DNA from: Candidatus Gottesmanbacteria bacterium
GTDB taxonomy: Bacteria > Patescibacteriota > Microgenomatia > UBA10105 > UBA927
Length of the DNA: 64,000 bases
NCBI GenBank assembly: GCA_963711735.1
Contig: CAVQFA010000003.1
Span: 82,971 to 146,970, forward strand
Direction: 5' to 3'
Shown here: positions 1-8,323 of the stretch, piece after piece
Position numbering within the stretch: position 1 is the stretch's first letter
How the letters are laid out: each line of letters starts with the position of its first letter
Position numbers and translations under genes: made by a program
The notes under the pieces: generated by a model
Told to the model about the DNA's origin: nothing
The model's input: the letters and a program-made list of their open reading frames with translations, nothing else
Databases searched by the model: none

Positions 1-1234
1 ATCCTCTCACTCCCGTATAAATCGTTCTGGTTTGGTCACCAAATGAAACAGTCAGAAGTATGAGCTTCTCACTTTTTTCCACATTTTCCGCTTGCTCTAC
101 CTTCCCTACTCGAATTTCCATCTTCCCAAAATCATCAACGCTGATTTTCCCGTTTTCAGTTTTAATTTCAGTTACAACAGACAACTTACTGCTATACTTA
201 TTTACCAACCCCACTGCTTCCCGTACCTCTTTCATGGTTTCGTTGGCTACTTTTACAGCCTTTGTTCTCCCCTTTTCCAATATATCTGTAACCATTTCCC
301 TGTTTCTTTTAAACTCCTCATACCGTTTCCGTGATCCTTCAAACGTTTTCATAAGAGAGGTAAACAAATACTCTTTGATCTCCACGTCTGCCACTTTTCC
401 GTGCTTATATGCTTCTTTATATTCATCAACGGTTTGACGATCCCCGAAGAAATCCAGATAGCGAAACACCATATTCCCTTCCACATGTCCCGGGTCATTC
501 GCGTGCGCCCGGGTCGGATCGGTAAACGAGCTCATCACCTGTTTTTTTATAATTTCCTCCGGTTCGAAAATGGAGATAATGTTCCCAAGTGACTTGCTCA
601 TTTTCCGTTTGCCGTCGGTCCCTAATACCGACGCGACGTCTTCCGGAATATAAGGCTCTGGCAAAGGAAAGATGGGTTTTTTAAACGTCTTGTTAAACCT
701 TTCGGCAACGTCTCTGGCAATTTCCACATGCTGCTTCTGATCCTTGCCCACGGGCACATAGTCAGGTTTATACATGAGGATGTCCGCAGCCATGAGAATC
801 GGGTAGTTAAATAACCCTAAATTTATCTCGTCTTCCATCACGTCTTTTGCGAGTTTATCTTTATATGCGTGAGCGCGCTTGAGAAGTCCCAAAGGCGTCA
901 CGTTACTCAGAATTGTCTGGAGTTCCGGGTGGAGTCCTATATCGGACTGCCGGAAAAATACCAGCTTCGAAAACTCCTGGTCCGTCAGAAATCCTTTCAG
1001 GAGTGCCAGTTCATTGAGAATGAGTGTTTCAACGTTTTTCTGTAATTGTGCTTTATCCTGTACGGTTGTGAGGGCATGCAGGTCAGCCACAAAAAGAAAA
1101 CACTCGTTATTCCGTGCCATTTGAATAAACTGCTTGACGGCTCCCAAATAATTACCGATGTGTAAACTTCCGTCTCCCGACGGCGTAATACCTGAAAGAA
1201 TCCGTTTATTTTGCAATTGCGTCTGTATATTCAT
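1..1234 (-). CDS. trpS: Tryptophan--tRNA ligase with C-terminal Trbp111/CsaA-like tRNA-binding domain; runs off window start
   Basis: Manual translation (absent from ORF track): MNIQTQLQNKRILSGITPSGDGSLHIGNYLGA..., YPILMAADIL, VPVGKDQKQH, KMSKS; C-terminal ISVDDFGKMEIRVGKV...KLILLTVSFGDQTRTI. ATG overlaps upstream TGA (ATGA). Confidence 0.93.
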   Translation of the reverse strand, partial: MNIQTQLQNKRILSGITPSGDGSLHIGNYLGAVKQFIQMARNNECFLFVADLHALTTVQDKAQLQKNVETLILNELALLKGFLTDQEFSKLVFFRQSDIGLHPELQTILSNVTPLGLLKRAHAYKDKLAKDVMEDEINLGLFNYPILMAADILMYKPDYVPVGKDQKQHVEIARDVAERFNKTFKKPIFPLPEPYIPEDVASVLGTDGKRKMSKSLGNIISIFEPEEIIKKQVMSSFTDPTRAHANDPGHVEGNMVFRYLDFFGDRQTVDEYKEAYKHGKVADVEIKEYLFTSLMKTFEGSRKRYEEFKRNREMVTDILEKGRTKAVKVANETMKEVREAVGLVNKYSSKLSVVTEIKTENGKISVDDFGKMEIRVGKVEQAENVEKSEKLILLTVSFGDQTRTIYTGVRG

Positions 1235-1965
1235 ATTTCCTCCTTATTATAATAGCTTGTAAGTAAATTATCTGCCAGAACTTCCAGACTGCTCAGTATT
1301 TTGGGGTTTTTGACTTCTCCTGTTACCACGGGTAATTCCGTGCACCCCAAAATCACCCCATCTGCCTGACCTGACCGTAAATTCCTTGCCGCCAATTGCA
1401 GTATCCCGTTTCTGTCTGACTTTTTCAGCCTACCCGATATGACATTCCGGATAATCCTTTCTTGTATAACCTGAATTCTTCTGTCCGGATAAAATACCGA
1501 TATTCCCATGGATCGGAACGTTTTTCCGTATAAGTCGTTTTCGATGGTGACCGGTGAAGCATATACGCATACTTTTTTCATCTTCCGCCTGCATACTTCT
1601 TTCCCCATAATTTCAAGCAGGGATCGAAACTCCCGTGGTATAACTTTCTTAATCGGGAATTCCATGATGTGTGCAGTATTGCACGCCATCACAATCGGAT
1701 TGCATCCGAAACTTTTCAAAAGTTTCGCCCTGTCAACGAGCATCCGCTCTACGATTCCTATCTTTTCGGTGCTTGCGATAAAATCCTCAACCGGTATGGA
1801 GTCGAGTACTATTTCGGGAAACTCATTGGGTTCCCGCGCTCCCCGCTTCACTGCTTTTGCCACGATGAGCCGGACAAGCTCCGAGCTTGCCTGCGGACCC
1901 ATGCCTCCGAGTATGCCGATTTTCCTGTTTCTATTATTATTTAGTATATTTTTCATATTTATCAA
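1231..1965 (-). CDS. Aspartate/glutamate racemase family protein
   Basis: IGILGGMGP N-terminus, ACNTAH and LGCTE catalytic Cys motifs. Confidence 0.9.
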   Translation of the reverse strand: MINMKNILNNNRNRKIGILGGMGPQASSELVRLIVAKAVKRGAREPNEFPEIVLDSIPVEDFIASTEKIGIVERMLVDRAKLLKSFGCNPIVMACNTAHIMEFPIKKVIPREFRSLLEIMGKEVCRRKMKKVCVYASPVTIENDLYGKTFRSMGISVFYPDRRIQVIQERIIRNVISGRLKKSDRNGILQLAARNLRSGQADGVILGCTELPVVTGEVKNPKILSSLEVLADNLLTSYYNKEEI

Positions 1966-2077
1966 TTCTTAAATAATGATTATTACCAACAAATGGTTTG
2001 CTCTCCGCCTTTGGTGGATCGTAACCATATGTGGGATTAGACTCTTCCCCGCTTCGCTCGTCCTCGCCAAATCCCAC

Positions 2078-2101
2078 AAAAAAACCTCCCTGTAGGGAGG
2101 T
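2078..2101 (-). terminator. Intrinsic terminator (putative attenuator) upstream of racemase-trpS
   Basis: Minus strand ACCTCCC-TACA-GGGAGGT followed by a U-tract. Confidence 0.85.
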
Positions 2102-2126
2102 CGGTTTGTGTGAATATGGTTATACT

Positions 2127-2201
2127 TTATTCCACGGTGCTACCAGCCTCCCGACTAGAGGTAAAATGCCAATAATATGCGCTGGTACATACGTTTTTCA
2201 T
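2127..2201 (-). CDS. Putative Trp attenuator leader peptide MKNVCTSAYYWHFTSSREAGSTVE
   Basis: 24-codon ORF with YYWHF cluster; GGGAGG 16 nt after the Trp codon is complementary to the terminator 5' arm; extended -10 TGATATACT just upstream. Confidence 0.6.
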   Translation of the reverse strand: MKNVCTSAYYWHFTSSREAGSTVE

Positions 2202-2256
2202 AGACAACATTCAGTATATCACACCCGGTCAAATATAAAATGCTATAATAAAAGTC

Positions 2257-2542
2257 ATGTCATTCCCGAAACTTGCAGTTTCTGCACGCAAAATCCACCG
2301 GTTTCTCGTCATTTTTATCGTTATTCTGGGTTTGATCAATGATGATAACGGGAACAACGATGAAGTACCCCAACCTTATGCCGATCGATCCGTTCCTCGC
2401 GCGCCGCACACATAATATAGTCAGTACTTTTTTCTCAATAATTCTCCTGGGCATGATGCTAACGGGTTCATATTTGTTCCTTTTCCCGTGGCTTATAAAA
2501 ACATTCAGGAATAAACCCACTCCTAACCAACCGCAGGAATAA
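2257..2542 (+). CDS. Small two-TM membrane protein (PepSY-TM-like), apparent +1 frameshift near 2338
   Basis: MSFPKLAVSARKIHRFLVIFIVILGLI joins MMITG...RRTHNIVSTFF...LTGSYLF in another frame; TATAAT 7 nt upstream. Confidence 0.55.
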
Positions 2543-2766
2543 TCTTAGGAATTCTTCACTTTGCTTGATTATTTATATTTTTACTGCGGGTGGCGCGTAT
2601 TTTGGGACCCGACAGCGCGCAAGGATCGGGTGGATCAGGAGATGTAATAATTTCAATATAATATAACTCGGTAAGCATTCTATTATTACAACGTTAAGAA
2701 AACTGAGCACTGGCGGGAAAATAATACGCGACAGGACCCGTGAGTGTATTTGTTACAATACAGTGT

Positions 2767-3336
2767 ATGTCTGATTTATACCTTCGGATTGTTCTTTTTC
2801 TGTCTCTTGCCGCAATTGCGCTTACTTGGACGTTCACGAGTCCGAAGAATTTTTTCAAATTCCTCTCAACCCTCCCCCAACCGCGCTATTGGATCATGCT
2901 CGGATACCAGCTTCTTCCTTTCCTGCAGCTGGGAGATGTTGTACGCGTGTCGTGGATGCCGAATGCATTCAGTGCAATTTGTATTTTTTCAGGAATAATT
3001 ATCCTGTGGTGCGGCATTATTCTTGCTGCTTGGGCAAAAATTGTGATGAAAACCAACTGGGGACGCCCGGGTCAGCATGATATCCGCAAACAGCATACGC
3101 TCGTGACCGGAGGACCGTTTGGGTATACCCGCAACCCGATTTATCTCGGACTCATCCTCGTATTTTTAGGATTTGAGCTTGCGATGCAGAGCTATTTAGT
3201 CATCCTCACACCCTTCCTTTATGTTTTTATGACAGTAATGATCCGGAGAGAAGAAACGCTCCTTGATTCGTATTTCGGTAATGAGTATGCGGGCTACAAA
3301 AACCGTGTCCCCCGCTTCTTCCCGTTTGTCAGATAA
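2767..3336 (+). CDS. Isoprenylcysteine carboxylmethyltransferase/PEMT family membrane protein
   Basis: LVTGGPFGYTRNPIYLG and EE..L..YFG.EY..YK.RVPRF motifs. Confidence 0.88.
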   Translation: MSDLYLRIVLFLSLAAIALTWTFTSPKNFFKFLSTLPQPRYWIMLGYQLLPFLQLGDVVRVSWMPNAFSAICIFSGIIILWCGIILAAWAKIVMKTNWGRPGQHDIRKQHTLVTGGPFGYTRNPIYLGLILVFLGFELAMQSYLVILTPFLYVFMTVMIRREETLLDSYFGNEYAGYKNRVPRFFPFVR

Positions 3337-3392
3337 GTTGCGCAATTTATGTGCAGAATATGGATTTTTCCTCTATTTTGCTTCAATTTTCA

Positions 3393-3421
3393 TTGCCATC
3401 GCATGAATCTGATGCTATAAT
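3393..3421 (+). promoter_or_regulatory. Sigma70 promoter of tRNA-Met
   Basis: TTGCCA-17 nt-TATAAT with extended TG, 22 nt before the tRNA. Confidence 0.65.
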
Positions 3422-3442
3422 CAACGGCGTACCTTAAAGTAC

Positions 3443-3512
3443 CGCGGGGTAGTGTACAGTTGCACAGAAGGCTCATAATCTTCTAGGCTGGGTGCGACTC
3501 CCAGCCCCGCAA
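3443..3512 (+). tRNA. tRNA-Met(CAT), initiator-like, atypical
   Basis: CGCGGGG/CCCCGCA acceptor with C1:A72 mismatch, anticodon arm GAAGG-CTCATAA-TCTTC, T arm CTGGG-TGCGACT-CCCAG. Confidence 0.8.
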
Positions 3513-3520
3513 CATATTAA

Positions 3521-3552
3521 ATAATAACCCTCCTTGTGAGGGTTTTTATTTT
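3521..3552 (+). terminator. Terminator after tRNA-Met
   Basis: AACCCTC-CTTGT-GAGGGTT followed by T-rich run. Confidence 0.75.
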
Positions 3553-3641
3553 ATCCATAGCGGGATGAAAAGCTTATCCTGTAACCGTTCTGACGTCGAT
3601 GGAATTTACAGCGCTTCAATAATCCGGGAATGAAGACTATA

Positions 3642-3890
3642 TTATTCATCCAACTCTTTTTTAGGTAAATCTTCCTCCGCCGGTCCGTTCAACACCTTAC
3701 CATCTGTATTGAAGCTAGACCCATGACACGGACAGTCCCAGGTTTTGTCCTTACCGTTCCATTCGACAACGCAGTCCAAATGGGTACACAATGCTGATAA
3801 TGCGTGTACTTTCCCTGTTTTATCTTTATATACCGCTATTTTTTCATTTTTCTGGTTTATTATTTTCCCCTCATCTGTATTCAGATCCAT
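3642..3890 (-). CDS. Rieske [2Fe-2S] domain protein
   Basis: CTHLDC and CPCHGS motifs, GPA; likely start MDLNT after GGAGGT. Confidence 0.9.
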   Translation of the reverse strand: MDLNTDEGKIINQKNEKIAVYKDKTGKVHALSALCTHLDCVVEWNGKDKTWDCPCHGSSFNTDGKVLNGPAEEDLPKKELDE

Positions 3891-4005
3891 AAAATCACCT
3901 CCGGACTTAAAAATAGAGAAGAATTCCCAACACACCATGGATTATTGCAAGTGTTATTGAAACTGCAGAAATCAAAAAATATGATACGTTCCTCAATATT
4001 TTTAT

Positions 4006-4389
4006 TTACTCCACCACAATTTTTCCGGTCATTGACGGGTGAATGGCGCAACTATAGTCAAAGCTTCCCTTAGTATTAAATGTGAACGCGAACGTATCTC
4101 CCTGGTTTAAGTCTGATGAATTAAACGCATCGGACTTAATTTTATGAGTGGCTGAGTCCTGATTTGTCCAGGTTACTTTTGTGCCTTGCTTTACGGTCAG
4201 AGTACCGGGATTAAAAGCGAAATTCTGGATTGTAACTGAGTTGGCTTCAACGGCTGTTTGCGTTTGTTGTGTTGTTTGGGGCTGTGCTGCCGGTTGCACT
4301 TGACTTGGTTTGTTTTTCATAAGGAAATATAACCCGCCTATGACTACAACAACCAATACTATTCCGATAAGTATTTTATTCATATACAT
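4006..4389 (-). CDS. Membrane-anchored cupredoxin (plastocyanin/amicyanin-like)
   Basis: N-terminal TM; WTNQDSATH and YSCAIHPSMTG copper ligands. Confidence 0.9.
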   Translation of the reverse strand: MYMNKILIGIVLVVVVIGGLYFLMKNKPSQVQPAAQPQTTQQTQTAVEANSVTIQNFAFNPGTLTVKQGTKVTWTNQDSATHKIKSDAFNSSDLNQGDTFAFTFNTKGSFDYSCAIHPSMTGKIVVE

Positions 4390-4410
4390 TCACCCCCCTT
4401 TATATTAAGG

Positions 4411-4596
4411 TTAATGATCAGAATCAACTTTAATTTCAGGTTTCTTTATTACAGTCTCCCTGGGTAAATAATGAATTAAAGCCTTCTCTACCAGAGCTGT
4501 TAAACTACAATCTTCAACTACTGCTTGAGCTTTAGCATGTTTCGCTAAATCAGGATGAATGAATAGAGTTAATCGTTGTCTATTATTAAGTGTCAT
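4411..4596 (-). CDS. Small ribbon-helix-helix-like DNA-binding protein
   Basis: RLTLFIHPDL.KHAKAQA....SLTALVEKAL pattern. Confidence 0.55.
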   Translation of the reverse strand: MTLNNRQRLTLFIHPDLAKHAKAQAVVEDCSLTALVEKALIHYLPRETVIKKPEIKVDSDH

Positions 4597-4754
4597 ACTT
4601 CATATTATACAATTAATTGAAGTACTTGTTAAGTAATAATTGCACGTTAACGCTTTAAACGTGAATATATCCACGTTCTTTTTCAATATTCTTCGTACTT
4701 TCGGCTGATAAATACAGGTTTTTGAAATAAAAACCAGGTTCGGATTTCATCTAA

Positions 4755-4798
4755 CCCCCGCAACAAATAAAATATAAAACCCTCCCTATGAGAATTTT
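4755..4798 (+). repeat. Degenerate copy of tRNA-Met 3' end plus terminator (att-like)
   Basis: CCCCGCAACAAATAAAATATAAAACCCTCC vs CCCCGCAACATATTAAATAATAACCCTCC at 3505. Confidence 0.6.
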
Positions 4799-4936
4799 CT
4801 CTATCGATCACTGAGAAGAGCAGTTTGACATGAGCGGTCGAAAAGGTTCAGGTATGTAACAAAAATATATAAGCAGACCACCTTGTCCGTAAAAAAGAGT
4901 ATATTAAAATAGTATAAATTTTAATACTATATCGTT

Positions 4937-5924
4937 ATGAAACGGGACTGGATTTACGTTTTACGTGGTATAGCTATCCTTAGTGTTGTGATCGGACATG
5001 CGATAGATATGAATCCGGAATATCCGTTGCTCTGGTTTTGGAATCATCTTGCTTTTACAATCCCCTGGTTTATTTTTCTTTCGGGCACTGCAAACGCCTT
5101 GTCATTACTTCGACGTCAACAACAAGTTTCGTATATCGTCATCATACATAACGATGGTGGGCCGGATTATAAAAATTTTACCGGTCTATGCGTTGGCAGT
5201 GTATGCTGCATTAACACTGTACGCCTACCCAATTCTTGATCTTCACGATTATCTGTACAGAGTATTGTCATTTCAAACGCAACCGACGTTTTATTTTGTA
5301 TTGTTAATTATTGAACTTTATATTCTGTTCCCCCTGCTTTATGCATTATCCGGTTTCAGCAAAAAAATTCCGGGCAGATTATTAACACTGGTATTAGTTG
5401 GGTTCGTTGCATACATCTGGCCGTTTCTCAAAGCTCCATATCCGTTTGTTCCGGCGGGCATAATCATCGGAGGAGGCTTCCTGTTCATTTTTTATGCCGG
5501 AATGCTTTATGGACGATACGGTATTAAGATGCCTAGACACGGCTGGATAGCGGTGATCTGCGGTATGGTTATAACTGATTATCTGTATATAGTTTACGGG
5601 AAAAATTTAGATCACACCGCTCTTTTTTTTGTATTACTCCAGAGTTGGTCGCTGTTTCTACTGTTTGTGATAAAGAGATTAATAACTTTTATCCCAAAAG
5701 GTGTATCTGCATTCCTGGCTATAATCGGACGTCAATCTTTATATATTTTCCTTTTTCATTATGCGGTTATACATTATCTTTTTGAAAACCGACCTCATAC
5801 TATTATGCTTTTTGTCACAACCTATATAATCGGTATTACCTTACCGATTATTTTTGGTGTTTTGTATGAAAAAATATATAAGTGGATAAAATACCGGTCA
5901 TTACCCATTTTTACTGTCCGATAA
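4937..5924 (+). CDS. Acyltransferase 3 family membrane protein (frameshifted near 5100-5150)
   Basis: RDWIYVLRGIAILSVVIGH and PWFIFLSG in first frame; multi-TM remainder ending GRQSLYIFLFH. Confidence 0.75.
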
Positions 5925-6102
5925 TACCCCTCCCAATAACAATATGGTCCAAAAATTCTGATCTCTACAAACCCCCGCAATGGGTGAACGAATGAAAAGG
6001 CAGATGGGTTCCGGTTGGTATACCCCGTTTTTCCGGTAACAAGAAGCTATTGATAGTGATAGTATAATAGGAAAAACGTCCGGTGAATAAATTTATCCTA
6101 TT

Positions 6103-7230
6103 ATGTATAAAGAAATAATGAGCCCGCTTCTTGACAGACTGGATTCTGAAACAATGCAGAGATTTACAAAGGACGCACTTCGTATTGCGGAATTATCTCC
6201 GGTGACTCTGAAAGTTTTAGAATTACTCGCAGATCGGCATAAAAGATTTAAAGATGAAAGATTACGGGTACAATTAGGAGGTGTTGAGTTTGAAAATCCG
6301 GTGGTTGTAGCAGCCGGTTGGGATAAAAACGGTCTTGCGGTGAAGGGGTTGTATGCTCTCGGTTTTGCCGGAGTTGAAGTCGGATCCGTTCTAACATACC
6401 CCCAACCGGGTAATCCAAAACCGAGACAATTTGTTATTGGTCCGGGCGTTGCGTTAAACAGGCGCGGGTTTGACAGTGACGGTATGGGAAAGGTAAACAG
6501 TAATCTGAGAAGATATACCAACAGCGGAATTCCTATCGGAATAAATATAGGGAAAAATAAGGAAATTCCGGATATTGCAGCCCCCTGGATGTATGCGGCT
6601 GTTACAAGGCAACTATATAGACATGCTGCATATTTTGTGGTTAATGTTTCCTCACCGAATACTCCGGGACTCAGGAGACTTCAGGAAAAGGAGCCATTAA
6701 CAGATATTGTCCGAGCGGTAAATCAAACAATGGATGAAATGGGAGGAAGAAAGCCTTTATTTGTAAAAATTGCACCGGAGTTAACACGTGAGGCTACAAA
6801 TGATGTTATTCAGGTAGTTTTGGATAATGGTTTAACAGGTATTATTGCTACAAATACCACAACAAATCCTGATATAAAAGCAAAATATGGGGAAATGTGG
6901 AAAAATGAAGCCGGGGGTATAAGCGGTGACGATTCTGTTTATAGACGTATGGCAACAGAAAAAGTTGCTCATATTTACAGAGAGACAAAAGGTGCAATTG
7001 AAATTATCGGAGTAGGCGGAATAAAAGACGCGGAAACTGCATTAGAGAAAATAAAGGCAGGTGCAAAGGTAGTTCAGGTCCTGACAGCAATTCGCGGCGA
7101 AGGACCGACGGTGGCCGGAAGAATCAACCGAGGAATTGTGGACTTCATGGAAAAGGAAGGAATAAAGAATCTCAGCGAAATAATTGGTATGAGGAATTCT
7201 GATTTCTACCAATCCCCTGTTTCGTTATAG
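6103..7230 (+). CDS. pyrD: Dihydroorotate dehydrogenase, class 2 (quinone type)
   Basis: AAGWDKN, PQPGNPKPR, NVSSPNTPGLR, KIAPE, GGISG, IIGVGGI. Confidence 0.95.
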   Translation: MYKEIMSPLLDRLDSETMQRFTKDALRIAELSPVTLKVLELLADRHKRFKDERLRVQLGGVEFENPVVVAAGWDKNGLAVKGLYALGFAGVEVGSVLTYPQPGNPKPRQFVIGPGVALNRRGFDSDGMGKVNSNLRRYTNSGIPIGINIGKNKEIPDIAAPWMYAAVTRQLYRHAAYFVVNVSSPNTPGLRRLQEKEPLTDIVRAVNQTMDEMGGRKPLFVKIAPELTREATNDVIQVVLDNGLTGIIATNTTTNPDIKAKYGEMWKNEAGGISGDDSVYRRMATEKVAHIYRETKGAIEIIGVGGIKDAETALEKIKAGAKVVQVLTAIRGEGPTVAGRINRGIVDFMEKEGIKNLSEIIGMRNSDFYQSPVSL

Positions 7231-7253
7231 AAACCGCATTTCTGCGGTCTTTT
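7231..7253. terminator. Probable bidirectional terminator
   Basis: AAACCGCA-TTTC-TGCGGTCTTTT between convergent genes. Confidence 0.55.
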
Positions 7254-7348
7254 CTACCCTCAAATGCTCAATAATCTATTGAGAACTTGAGGGTAGTGCT
7301 GAGGTCTCATAATCATTTTATTGATTTTTGAGGGAATGTCCTCAGCAC
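7254..7348 (-). other. Two back-to-back long imperfect hairpins downstream of serpin-like genes
   Basis: CTACCCTCAA...TTGAGGGTAG (7254-7296) and GTGCTGAGG...CCTCAGCAC (7296-7348). Confidence 0.6.
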
Positions 7349-7388
7349 AGAAAATCGTCCCCTCGCTTATTCAGCGAAAACTACTTGT

Positions 7389-8264
7389 TTACATTTCGCG
7401 CAGATTACCGGCTTTCTTCCAGCAATCGTAGTCAGCATAGAAGATGGCAATCGGCAAGCGAGGTGCAGATACTTGAGTGAACCAGCCGATGAACGGACGG
7501 TTGAAGACTAGTGGCCTCGGCTCATCCAGATCAATACCCTTGCGCATTGCCATACCAGTTGCGACTTTGACCCGGGCACCTTCCTTGTTGATCCGCAACA
7601 TGAACTGTTGATACGCTTCACTGATGTACCAGTACTGATCACTTTCATCGTGAGTATCAGCACCAACCAGGAAGCTGATGTCAGGCTTCATGTTGAAATC
7701 CACTTCGGGCACCTGTACGGTCGAGATGTTGCCAACGCGAGAATGACCCTTTGACATCGTTGTAAACGCGATGCGAATCAGATCCATCGGGCTGGTTGGC
7801 GTCGTATTGGGCATGGTGAGCCAGAGCTTGTCACCGCTTTTAGTCAGCAGACTTGCAACCTGCGAACCTTCCACAGTGAAAACAGTGTGTCCACCTTGAG
7901 GGATTTCAAACCCAGCGTGTGTCCGGTTGTCGCGGCCGTAAATCTCGCAAAGCGCAGCCTGCTTGAGCCATTCGATGAGCATGTCAAGGATCGAAACAAC
8001 GCCGATGCCCTCGAGTGGTCCGTTGAACATGGGATCAAATCCGCTGTCCGTGAGAAAACGGTTCAGTTCTTCCCAGTCAGTGGACGCTTTGGCTTTGAGA
8101 TTTGCCAGTGCACTCAACATGCCTTTGTATTGGCGGTAAAGCTCAAAGACGACGATCTGATTCTGGTTCTTGGTACCCCACTTCCGATCTGCACCCAGGT
8201 ATGCGTTTTCCAGAGTATGCAACGCATGGAAGATGGTTGTTACGTCGATCGCTTGTGTAGCCAT
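7389..8264 (-). CDS. Short serpin-like protein 2
   Basis: C-terminal FMLRINKEGA...LVFNRPFIGWF resembles serpin hinge and signature; paralogous to 8324-9187; AAGGAG SD. Confidence 0.65.
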   Translation of the reverse strand: MATQAIDVTTIFHALHTLENAYLGADRKWGTKNQNQIVVFELYRQYKGMLSALANLKAKASTDWEELNRFLTDSGFDPMFNGPLEGIGVVSILDMLIEWLKQAALCEIYGRDNRTHAGFEIPQGGHTVFTVEGSQVASLLTKSGDKLWLTMPNTTPTSPMDLIRIAFTTMSKGHSRVGNISTVQVPEVDFNMKPDISFLVGADTHDESDQYWYISEAYQQFMLRINKEGARVKVATGMAMRKGIDLDEPRPLVFNRPFIGWFTQVSAPRLPIAIFYADYDCWKKAGNLREM

Positions 8265-8323
8265 ATGATTCTCCTTGTTGTGTCGAGATAATCAGATTAA
8301 ATTGAATTGGTGAATGTCATCGC

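Noticed and set aside
1975-2230. T-box riboswitch upstream of trpS
   Set aside because: No T-box consensus (AAGGTGGCACC-like in an antiterminator) or stem I recognised; the leader-peptide model fits better
4643-4663. Palindrome CACGTT-N9-AACGTG as operator of the RHH gene
   Set aside because: 6-bp arms are too short to support a call without comparative data
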